NCBI GenBank assembly: GCA_951804945.1
Contig: OX638150.1
Coordinates: 68,324,001-68,388,000, forward strand
Source of the DNA: Podarcis cretensis
Taxonomy: Eukaryota
Direction of reading: 5' to 3'
DNA: 64,000 nucleotides
The notes beneath the pieces were generated by a model, which did not search any database, was not told where the DNA came from, and was given only the letters and a program-made list of their open reading frames with translations. A program made the position numbers and the translations under genes. This document shows, one piece after another, positions 27,234-38,499 of this stretch (its first letter is position 1; each line of letters starts with the position of its first letter).

Positions 27234-30200
27234 TTAGTCGTCAAATTTTCTGCAGTCTCCAAGGTTCCTCAGTCTAAGACGTCTTCCAGTTCGGCTGATG
27301 CGGGAAAGACAATGCGAAGAACTCAGGATGAGAATTCAGAAGATGCAAGCTTCATTATTACTCATTCAACAGAAATAGTATTGGTGAGAAAGGTAAGTTC
27401 ATCATTGCTCTATTTGTTGGGGAAGGGAAATGGATGAGAAAGAATCCTGTCCAATAACCTGAAGAGATAGGGTTAAGTATAATTGCTTGATTCTACATTG
27501 ACATTTAAAATAACTGCATGTGTATCACTCAAGACATGGCATTGGAAGCTAAGAAAGAGCAACAGAATGTCTAACATTTAAATGATTAACTGAGAATGTA
27601 TCTCTGCTACTCATCATGATCACATGGGGTATTCAATTGCAGTTCTCCATTTTAGGTGTGTGAGTTGGTCTTTGTTTTTCTGAAGAAGGGCTGAAGAGAT
27701 AGGAGGTCCAGGAGAAAATAGCCTCCAGGCTAATGGAGTCTGTGTGGAGAGAAAGAGCTTTGTTTTCAGCTCTAGGAAAAGTTATTTCATATTTCTAAGA
27801 TGTTAGGCCTGTGTTGAAACAAGCGCATGATATTATGAGACTATTGGGTGTGTCATTATTGTTTTGTGTCTGGTTTTGGAACAAGTTCTTTTAGCTTCTA
27901 AAGAGCTATATTAATAACCACAATAGCCGCTACCCATCAATCTAGACAATACTGAGCTGGATGAAGTGGCCTGACTCTGTATAAGGCAGCTTCTTATGTT
28001 CATATGTTCTTTCCAGGACCACTGCTTGGTAAAACACCCCCATTTTCCAGCTTACACTGTTCATCCATGTCAGAAGTTTCTGTAAGAGTATATGTTAAGA
28101 CTTCTCACCAGAGCAATTCTGAGATCCACATTAGGGAAGCGCCTAGTGTAAGCCTTTCCTACCTTCACAATAACTTTCTTATTACCCCCTAATTTCCTGA
28201 TGGACCTTTGAGTGATTTTTCTTCTGGGCCAACCTTACTACCTTTTGTGTCATGATAGGCATGGTGGGGCACTTCAACACGATTGCCCTCCTGACAGGGG
28301 CATCTCTGCTCCTTGGGGGTGGGGAAAGCGTGAAAGAGTATTGGGAAATGATCCATAATGAATTGAAAAAAATATATTTAAAAATACTCCCCCCCCAAAA
28401 GCCCAGAGTCCTTTCTGTTGGGGATAATTCAGACTTATATTCCCAGGTGTTAAAAAAGGTTATTTATGTATGATACTATTGCGGCCTGTGTTTTGTTAGC
28501 CCAAAAATGGAAAACAAGCAACGTCTCAACCAAAGACGAATGGCAACTTAAGTTGACAGAATATGCATGGCTTGCAGACTTAACATTTCCACCTCATAAG
28601 CAAAACCTGTACTCACATATACGCATTGCAGAAGTCACACTTGTTGCCATATGACACACCATCAGAGCCACAGTGGGGATTGAGTTCCAGGGTGCACTGT
28701 GGTTTTGGATATCCTCGACAATATCTCTACAGAGAGAGTAAATTTTACAGTATTACCCATTTTCTGGCAAATCTCATGTGGTTGCTTTTACCAGTCAGGT
28801 CTTAGTTGCACATCAGGTTTTTCTTGTTTTAAGAAATCACAAACACACCCGCCCCCAAAATGAATAGTAATGATCAAATGGGACAGGGCCGCAGTCTTAT
28901 TTTTGCACAAAGCAAATCTGCTGAACTCAAAGGCGACCTGCAAACATTACAACCAACTATGCTATAACTATGTGGAAGGACTGGCAAGGAGAGAGGCAGT
29001 GCAAAAAGCCATCTGTGTAAACTCCAATAAAGTAGAAGCAGAAGAAGAAGAGTTTGGATTTGATATCCCGCCTTTCACTCCCCTTAAGGAGTCTCAAAGC
29101 GGCTAACATTCTCCTTTCCCTTCCTCCCCCACAACAAACACTCTGTGAGGTGCGTGGGGTTGAGAGACTTCAGAGAAGTGTGACTAGCCCAAGGTCACCC
29201 AGCAGCTGCATGTGGGGAGCAGGGACGTGAACTCGGTTCACCAGATTACGAGTCTACTGCTCTTAACCACTACACCACACTGGCTTTCATGAAGTAGCCC
29301 TCTACTCCATGAATTTGTCTAATCCCTTTCAATGCCATCAAGGGGGGTAGCCATCACTGCCTCCTGTGGGAGCGAGTTCTATAGTTTAACCATGAGCTGC
29401 AGGAAAAAGCAATATTACACATCTTGACAGCAAGTTATTTTGATGTTCTGTAATAAGAATAAATGACTGCCACTCACCCGTTCAAAACTTGCTTCAGTGA
29501 CAATGGCTAGAATGAAAACATAAAAAATGTAAAAATTCCAAAGCAAATCTACATGTTGAATAATAGTCCATTTGAGAACATTCATTTCTGGGAATGTAAG
29601 AGTGAGATGCATTTTATCTTACACTTCCTTTTTGCGTGCCAAGGCCCTGTGACCCACAATTCCCTAGTGGATAAATAAACACACGGAAAGTGGATTTTGG
29701 TTTATGGGTTTGAATACGCCACAACTTTATTGGTTACAGATGTGAGTGGTTTGTCTTAGGCATTGGATGAAGACAGACTATATCTCGACTTCTGCCCGTC
29801 TGCAGGGAGTAACCAAACCACCAAAAGGGGGAGCCCTATGACTTACATAAAATAGGGGCACCCTCCGGGTTTCCTGTTGGGATTGTGGCATGGCCCTAGC
29901 TCACGTTCAGGCATTGGACAGAACCACACCCCTGGATTCCTTTAACAAGATACCCTTAATGAGGAGGGGAAGATGGAGGCTACAACCTCCCCTCCAACCA
30001 AACAAAGGCTTACCCAATGCCTGACTTATTTCTCCATTTGAAAACATTTATTTCTAGGAAGAGAAAAATGAGATACATTTTATCTTACATTTCCTTTGTT
30101 CTCTTAAAAGTTCATTTATAGGAGCTGAATTTAAATGTCCCTGATCAGTTGATGGGAAGAGAATCAAATCAAACTAGCTAATCAGTTGACGATACTAATA

Positions 30201-30388
30201 AAGAAAACATGTATATACCCATTCAACTCCTAGCTGAACTGAAGCCCATTCTGTTGCTTTCAGTAGGGTGACAGAGCAAATCTCACATGACAAGATATTC
30301 TTTCTCATTCCTACTGACTAATTTCATATAGAAGCTTCCTTGAGAATAGCTACCTCTGAACATTCAAAAGAATATGTGAGGGTTCAAC

Positions 30389-30429
<41 letters not shown>

Positions 30430-30743
30430 TGTGTGCGTGTGTGTGTGTGTGTTTGAGAGATGTGCTTCTCTGTTCCCATGTCCCTGTGTGGGACAACAAT
30501 GCCTCCTTCTTCCACAAGCTTTCACAAATGAAGCACTGAGGTTTGCAGGGAGATTTTATCAGATTCAGTTGACAACCTAATAAGAGCCTTCATACAGTCT
30601 TTGGAACACCTGGACAATTCATGGATTTTGGGTTCCTTTCTGAGATGGAGTATCTAATGGAACATTTGTAATGTGAAATATGACTCACCTGAGCACAAAA
30701 AGAAGAGCATCAGAGTAAGGAGGATAAAGCTGCTTGGCTTCAT
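27234..30743 (-). CDS. Gene D: single Kazal inhibitor (4 exons, P1 Leu)
   Basis: Exons 30743-30689, 29506-29478, 28726-28617 and 27294-27234. Protein [88 protein letters not shown] ~30841-30850; AATAAA 27093-27088. Confidence 0.9.
28320..28585 (+). mobile_element. L1/Tx1 ORF2 C-terminal fragment in intron 3 of gene D
   Basis: [11 protein letters not shown] and AQKWK...EWQLKLTEY resemble the L1 ORF at 2632-3150. Confidence 0.7.
29035..29286 (-). mobile_element. tRNA-derived squamate SINE in intron 2 of gene D
   Basis: Reverse complement begins AGCCAGTGTGGTGTAGTGGTTAAGAGC (A-box) and ends in a (TTC)n tail; a related decayed copy lies at ~17730-17910. Confidence 0.7.
29648..30030 (-). mobile_element. 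LTR-like insertion in intron 1 of gene D
   Basis: Begins TGTGAC; contains GCCACAACTTTATT; intron sequence (GCATTTTATCTTACA) is duplicated on either side. Confidence 0.5.
30390..30452. repeat. (TG)n microsatellite
   Basis: Read directly; other microsatellites at 1133-1155, 6072-6101, 6346-6390 and 58385-58448. Confidence 0.95.
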
Positions 30744-31610
30744 GATGGGTTTAATTATGTCTTCCTCTTAGTGCTTTTCAAAGCAGTAGATCCTTCTCAG
30801 AGTTCACTGGCTGCAGTGAGGTCTGGACTCTCTGCCCTGAATATATATAAGTCTCTGTGGCCCTGATGATGAAAACTCCCAGTCTCAAGAAATATTTACA
30901 TGTGGAAATAGGATATTACAAAGGGCTGCAATGTGATGTACCAAGCATAATGGTTCCTTTCCTGTGCAGAACCCAGGCACCTGCAAGAGATATGGTAACC
31001 AGTACCTTAGGAAGTAGCATACGAAGTAGCTTGTTTTGACCATAAGCCAAACCCATGATGAAAAAGGACTATAACAACAAATTGCATATCACATAGTATT
31101 GGTCCAATTTATTTGTGTCTTCAAAGGGTGACCGTTTGACCATAGCTTGTCTTGACCATAAGCCAAAGCAAGGCTGAAAAAGACTCCAGTGATAAATTGC
31201 ATGTCATATAGTATTTGTCAAAAAATAACAATATATTACATGCACCTAGCCAACACTGATTTCATATATATTGGCGTGGGGGTGGGGGAGTTTAGATGTG
31301 GCTAGCATGAAAACCTACGGAAGCAGCTGTCTCCAGATTTCAGACTCCAAATTCCGACAGTCTCAAAACGAGAATCATATACAGGCCAATTTGTGATACA
31401 ATGCAAGTCAATGGTCTCGAATCAGATTAGGGAGGGGCTATTGAGGCTATTAATATTACATTTATGAGAGCAACAGCGTGGATAAAAATGGACTCTTCTT
31501 GAAAAAAATTGTCCAGTCCTCTTCTGCACAGCCTAACCTGCCTCCCTCGGGGATTTCCGAAATGCACCAGAGAAATCAAGGATACACAGTGGGACACCCA
31601 AGTGGGGAAA

Positions 31611-31965
31611 AGCCTCTCCTCCTTACAGAGGGGAGGAGTTGTGGGCAGGAGCCGTTTCCCGCGTTGGCAGGGGGCGTTCCAGCCCCCTGCCCAGCTGACC
31701 TGGCTGCTGCGCCACGCCCCCAGGCAGCCAACCAACCAGCTGGAGGCTTGGGGGTGGACTTTTGCTGCTCAAACGTGGCTGCGGCAGCACTTCCCTTTCA
31801 TTCCGCTGCTGGTTTTCGTCAGATCCAATTTTATCCAATGCCTAAGCCAATACCTCTCCCATGCTGTAATCAATAAAGTTGTGGCCATTTTTAGTCCATT
31901 AACCTAATATACCGTGTCCATGTCTCTTTCTTATCCCCAAGTGAGTGGTTGGTCCTTGAATCACA
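31611..31965 (+). mobile_element. LTR-like insertion interrupting an orphan SPINK 3'-flank copy
   Basis: Absent from the homologous flank at 47300-47320; contains AATAAAGTTGTGGCC; ends ...TCACA. Confidence 0.55.
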
Positions 31966-32033
31966 AACAAGGAGGAGAGAAATTCCATTGCAATAACATT
32001 AATTAATAACATGAATAACATTAATTTTTGATT

Positions 32034-32167
32034 CAGGTAGGTAGGCGTGTTGGTCTGACGCAGTTGAAAAAAATATAAAAAATTAAAAAATTGTCCAGTA
32101 GCACCTTATAGACCAACTAAGTTTGTTCTGGTATAAACTTTCATGTGCATGCACACTTCTTCAGATA
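32034..32167 (-). mobile_element. Penelope-like element terminal fragment with a minimal hammerhead-ribozyme motif
   Basis: GTAGCACCTTATAGACCAAC...CACACTTCTTCAGATA; the reverse complement contains CTGAAGA-AGTGTGCATGCACAT-GAAA. Confidence 0.7.
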
Positions 32168-33249
32168 ATTTTATTAAGTCTTGAGCTAATTCTAGGGTGT
32201 AGTTGAATACCAACCTGGGGGGCATATATCAATTTATATTGCGGTAATTGAATTTTCTATGAATATGACAAAGGTGTTGATGGGCCAACTTGGAATCCAT
32301 GATGTGGACGTTACCAAGGTGATGGGGTGTATGTTTGGGGTGACAGGAAAAGGTTGTCTGAAAGCAAAGGGTGCTGGGAAGAAGAAGCAGGAAGAAGAGT
32401 TGGGATCCATCTTGGGAAGGTTGTCTGAAGGCTGCCTTCACTGCTGTGGGGTACAAGTCCCTCTTGAAATGGCCATAATTGTAATATCTAGACTCCCGTC
32501 ATGCAAATCAAAGGTGTACATAGCTTAATAAACCATATTTCTTAAAGCCACGACAGTCTCTGCTGCATCCTCAATTCTCCAAAGAAACACAGACCCTGTG
32601 TGGGTGCCTGGGACCCCATGGGCTTTTGCCACCGCTTGGCAGAGAGAGGGGCAGGCATTCGACTTTTGTAGCAATATTCATTCTATTGAGATCACAGTGG
32701 TTTGGAAAGATCTTGATACTTTTAAAAAGAAGGATAATGCAGCACATATGCAGAACAGGATGATGGACCTGGTAGGCCATTGGCCTGATCCAGCAGCTGC
32801 TTCTTACATTCCCCTTGTGCAGCAGAACGGTCTCCCCTTCTCTCTCTCCTCCTCTGCATAGCCTAACCTGCCCTAGGGATTTCCCAAATCCACCAGAGCA
32901 ACATAGGCAACACAGTGGGACACCCAGGTAGGGAAAGCAAGCAGGAGAGAAATCCCATTGCATTAACATTAGGTCTTCTGCTGGCACAATGATGTAGCTG
33001 GGTACCCAATTGTATGGCATACATCAATTTATATTATGGCAATTGATTTACTATGTGTATTTTTCTCTTATAACTCTGTCTGGTTTCTTTTTTAATATTC
33101 TTTGATTAAAAATCAATAGAAAAGCAAAGAAATGTATCATGGCAAGTCCCGAGAATAGCTGTGGATCACTCTTTGGGGGGGCCGCCTTGTGGCTACTTCC
33201 TTCCGAATCAGAGTGACTGTACCTGCAAAAAACTTTGCAAAAGCTTTGG

Positions 33250-33650
33250 GACACTGTTTTGGGGGGGGGCATCTTGTGGCCACATTATGGAGTGCTTATT
33301 TCCAATGCTATTTAATATCTACATGATTCCATTGGGAGAGGTCAATAGGAGTTTCGGAGTGAGGTGCCATCAGTATGCTGACGACACTCAGTTCTACTTT
33401 GCCATAACATCTGAATCCAGAGAGGCTGTACAGTACCTGGGCCATTGCCTGGAAGCAGTGGTGAAATGGATGAATAAAATCAAGCTGAGCTTGAAACCTG
33501 GCAAGATGGATGCACTGTGGGTAAGTAGTCCCTGTGTCCAAGAAATTGGTCCATTGCCTATCCTGGATGGGGTACCAGGCAGAGTTCAAGGTATTAGCGT
33601 ACAAAGCCCTTAACAACTTGGGACCAGTTTACCTACAAGATCGCCTAACC
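33250..33650 (+). mobile_element. L2-clade reverse transcriptase fragment
   Basis: LFNIYMIPLGEV...HQYADDTQFY (YADD motif). Confidence 0.8.
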
Positions 33651-35340
33651 CCCAGAGTCAGCTCACCCAGATTGGAGAAATGAAACAGACAGCATCCCCT
33701 ACTGGCACCTCGCTTGCCCGACCACAGCCAGAGAAGCAAACCCAGGCAACTTCATGATTGTAATGGTGGATTTGTCAGCCTCTTAGTGCTTAGAAATGGA
33801 AATGGAATATTACAGAGAACTGCAGTGTCCTGTACCAATTTCAACAGTTTCCTTTTAGTGCACAGTTCAAGAAACATTTGGCAACCAGCCAGTTAGCAAA
33901 TAGTACGTGGAACAGCTTACTGTCTCAAGCATAAGTCATAGCAAATATAACAGATATTTTCAAAGTAAATCAATAAAAATGAATTAAAAGACAGTAACAT
34001 TCTCAGTTAACTTTATTGCAATGTATCACGTGGGTTTCTAGAGAAGGGTGATATCATTTCATTGCTGCTGAAGTAAATACAGCTCCATATCTGCTGCACC
34101 CACTGCCAGCCAACATGTACCGTTTTCCACTTCTGCCCATGGGCTAAATGCACACACCATAACATATACATGCTCTGGACATGCCAGTTCTATTTTTCAA
34201 AACTGGAGAAGGTTTTGAGAAGAAAAGCCCTGTTGGATCTGGCTGAGGGTCCAAGTCAAAGTTCAGCATCCAGAAGTGGCACATTGGGTGGGCCAGAGCT
34301 GTGGGGCTGCCCTCCTGCCACTGCAGCCACTGGAGCTTACCTGAAGTAAGAAGGCAATGCAACCAGCACTCTCCAAAATTACCGAACCGTTGAGTCCCAT
34401 TTACAATTGTAAGACTTCTGTCCTTAGAAGTATCAAGGATTTGCCTTACCACTGCGATCTCAATAGAATGAATATGCCACTTCAAGGAGAATCGCCAAGG
34501 AAAAATGGGAAAGATATTGTTAGGGCAATACTCTGAGCATCGGAAGTGTGGTTTAATCAGAACATAAGAATACCCCTGCTGGATTGTGCCCATGTCTCTT
34601 CTGTCCCAAGATCCTGTTCTCACAGCTGACAACCAGATACCTATGGGATGCCTGCAAACAGGACCTGAGGGCAAAAACACTGGACCCACCTCCTGTTTTC
34701 CCAGTAACTTGTATTCAGAAGAAAATGGCCTCAAACAATGGAAATCCAAGATGCTCACGCCATACATTCATGGCTTGTTTTCTCCTATCACCAAATCTTG
34801 TTTTCTCCATGCTTGTTTTCCACTTTGTGGTTTCCAAACAATTAAAGATAATAAGTGTGTTTGATGTATATAACGTGTTTGTATTACTTTCTGGGACAAC
34901 AATACCTCTTTTATTTTGTGGCTTACATGCTGAATGAGTAAGGCTCCTTTGTTTTTCTTTATACTAAAACAATTGCCTATGATCAAAAGAATCCCAACAT
35001 TTCTAAAACTGTTTTGTTTGTACCTCATTTCTTGTGACCTGCAACAGCAATGTCATCATCACACCAGAAGGCCATATTTCTTAAGGAACCGGTTGCCAAA
35101 TGTTTATTGCATGCACGTGGAATGTGCATTGAAAGGGAAACCATTAAAATTGGTACAAGACATTGCAGTCCTCTGTAATCACATTTTCATGTGTAAATAT
35201 TTCATCATCAAGGCTGCAGAAACTTCCATAAATACATGGAAGAGATACGAGACCTCATCCGTAACCAGTGGAATCTGAAAAGCGTCTACTGCTTGGAAAA
35301 GCACTAAGAGGCCAACAGATCCAAACCCACCAGCAAAATC

Positions 35341-38300
35341 ATGAAGCCAAGCAGCTTTCTCTTCCTCACTCTGATGGTCTTCTTTTTGTACTCAGGTGAG
35401 TCATATTTCATATTGAAAAAGTTCTCTTTCTCGGAGAGGTGTAGGGACCAAAGAATCCATGGACTATTCATGTCTTCAGATGAGTGTAGGAAGGCTCCAC
35501 CTGTGTTGACTAAATCCAGTTAAAATCTCCTTGCAAACCATTGTGTTTGCTGCTTTAAACCTTACGGAAGGAGGGGACATTGTTTTTAAGGATAGGGACC
35601 CTGGGGGCAGGGGCACACATCCCCCCAAAACACATACACACTTGAGCCTTCCCACATTCTTTTGGGCACTGAAACATGTCTGTTCTCAAGGTTCCTCATA
35701 TATGAAATGATATGTGCCAGGAAGAACCAGAATGAATGTCTTGCTATGTTAAATTTACTCTATCAAATAAAGATGCTGTACATCAGGGCTCTACATTGCA
35801 CACAGCGCCCACCACTTTTCACACAATAGGAGCCTTTTTGAAAGCTGAAGCTCAAAACACAAATGCCCCCTGAAGCTACCCTGTACCCTCTTTTCTTCAT
35901 GGTCTCCTTGTGGCACTTGTGACATCAAAAGTGGACCCAGCCATGATTCTAAACATGCAAAGCACCACAGCCAGGCATTCAAGGGAAATCAACAGAACTG
36001 GGTCCCAGTTAGATATGGACTAGACCAGTATATACAGTTATTTGTAATTATTATAGTTAACAGACTGAACCATTTCCCATTGATTTGATTGTCTTCCTAT
36101 CCATGCTCAGTGACATTTGAAGGAAATTGCATATTGCCAAGGCACTTTTTAGGATAACATAGGATGTACAAGATACAATGCACCCCACTTTTCAGTTCCT
36201 AGAAATGAATGTTATCAAATGGACTATTATGCACCATATGGATTTGCGAAATAATTTCCACATTTTCTGTGTTTTGCATCTAGATGTTGTTGTGAAAGCA
36301 ACATGGGAAGCGGTAAGTGGGAAATCATTTATTCTTATGATAGAACATGGAAGTAGCATGGAGTTAAGATAAGTGAATTTATACTTCTTTTGGAATTTTA
36401 AAATATTCTCTCTCTGTGTGTGTGATTATGTGTGTGTCAATTTTTAAAATAGAATTTAAAATACAGGGAACAAAAACACATCGACACAAATATAGCATAC
36501 AAGAGCTGGGTTTTTCCCAGGATTTCACATCTCTAATCCCACCCCTTTAAAAAATAAAATAAAAAAGTTGGTGGTATTATTAGTTCCAGTTGCTACCCAC
36601 AATTTATAAGAGAGTCTCAGCTTGTCTTCAGTAGTAGCCTTGTGGGGTTATTCAGTTATTACTAGGCAGACCGCCCAACCTTGCAGGCATATTATTTGGC
36701 CACTGTCTTAAGAATCCAGGCACTCACTGTGTGTTTTTTTAAAGTATTTTTTTGCAAAAACAACCGTTAAATGTGTCTAGCATGAAACCCCTAGAGCTGC
36801 TCACTCCCAATTTGGCAAGATTAATCTTCTCTGAGGGGACTACCATGTCTGCAAATTTTGTTTCACAGCATGAAAAAATTTGTACCTGTTCTAACCCTGC
36901 AATATTTTAAACTTTAAGGTGTCTTGCATGTAATCCCTGGCACTGAGGATCTATAATTTGACAGGTGTAAGCACCCACAATGGGTAGTCCAAAGATTAAG
37001 CGGGGAGGACCTTTAAAACTGTTGTGTCCTTCGTCTTCAGAAATATTGCAAAGGGTATCCAAAGTCAATATGCACCATGGAGTACCAGGCCCACTGCGGT
37101 TCTGATGGCGAGACCTATGGCAACAAGTGTTTCTTCTGCAATGCATATATGTGAGTATATCATGGAATCATAGAGTTGGAAGGGACCCTGAGAGTCATGT
37201 AGTTTAACCTCATGCAGTGCAGGAATCCTTTTTCCCCCTCTGACATCTTTGTTGGAAGTTAAAAAGTACGTGGTTATATTTGCAATAAGCATGGTGAGAT
37301 GTAAATAAAAAAATGGAAAAGAAAAAGAGAATCAGCACCCATGTAGAAGGGAAAGTCAAGCAGGGGGACACCCCTCCCCTGGGAAGTGCAGGAATCACTT
37401 TGCAGAATGTCAGGTTCTAAGCCATGGCCCTGAGTTTTGTGTTGCTTATGAGGCCCAAAGGAACATGGTGAGTAGAGCTAATCTTTAGGTAGCCCAGAAT
37501 TTGAAAATGGAGTGGATTGGGAGGGCTATTCACATGCACAACCCTCCCGCTAAGAGTGATGGGGGGGAGGGGAAATATGCCCAGAAGGGCTCTATCACCA
37601 TCCCACCAGGCCAGACACAACGCAAAAGGTAGTAGGGATGGCCCAGAAGAAAAATAACCAAAAAAGCCATCAGGGAATTAGGGGATAAAGGTAAAGGGAC
37701 CCCTGATCATTAGGTCCAGTTGTGACCGACTCTGGGGTTGCAGCGTTCATTTTGCTTTATTGGCCGAGGGAGCCGGCGTACAGCTTCTGGGTCATGTGGC
37801 CAGCATGACTAAGCCGCTTCTGGTGAACCAGAGCAGTGCACGGAAACGCTGTTTACTTTCCTGCCGGAGCGGTACCTATTTATCTACTTGCACTGTGACG
37901 TGCTTTTGAACTGCTAGGTTGGCAGGAGCTGGGACCGAGCAACGGGAGCTCACCCCGTCGTGCGGATTTGAACCGCCGACCTTCTGATCGGCAAGTCCTA
38001 GGCTCTGTGGTTTAACCCTCAGCGCCACCCACGTCCCACAATTAGGGGATAGTAAGAACATTATTATGAAGGCCTACATTACAAAGGCCTACACTAGGTG
38101 TTTCCTTAATGTGGATCTTGGAACAGCTCTAGGTAAAAGTCTGAACATTTCCTCCTAGAGAAGTTTGACACAGATGTACGATGAAGGCGGGAGAAGGGGG
38201 ATCTTCTACAAATGGTAGACCTGAAAAGAATATTGTTCTCTCTTGCTCTATATTGGCTAGGCTGACAGGAAGCTGTTTTCCAGGGTCTCAGACAGGATTC

Positions 38301-38499
38301 CTCCTCAGCCCTTTCCCATCCCAAAGACAAAGAGCAATGATGGCATAAGCTTTCCCACCTATATAGTATTTCTCTTTAAGGAGCTATAATGAAAGCTTCA
38401 TCTTATGAATTCTCATATTTATTTACTTCTTTTTTTCTCATTAGCAAAAGTGGAAGAAAGCTGGAACTGAAATACTATGGAGAATGCAAAAAAGCTTAA
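35341..38499 (+). CDS. Gene E: single Kazal inhibitor (4 exons, P1 Met), inverted relative to the rest of the cluster
   Basis: Exons 35341-35395, 36284-36312, 37041-37150 and 38445-38499. Protein [90 protein letters not shown] ~35227; AATAAA 38647-38652. Confidence 0.92.
37688..38037 (-). mobile_element. Sauria SINE in intron 3 of gene E, TSD AATTAGGGGATA
   Basis: TSD on both sides; the empty site is visible in paralogs G (~55750) and H (~61470). Confidence 0.9.

Noticed and set aside
34144-34937. ORFs repeated at 34.1-34.9, 45.7-46.1 and 53.4-53.8 kb as a small gene family
   Set aside because: Duplicated upstream flank containing decayed repeat sequence; ORF boundaries differ between copies and no domain or splice structure is recognisable.
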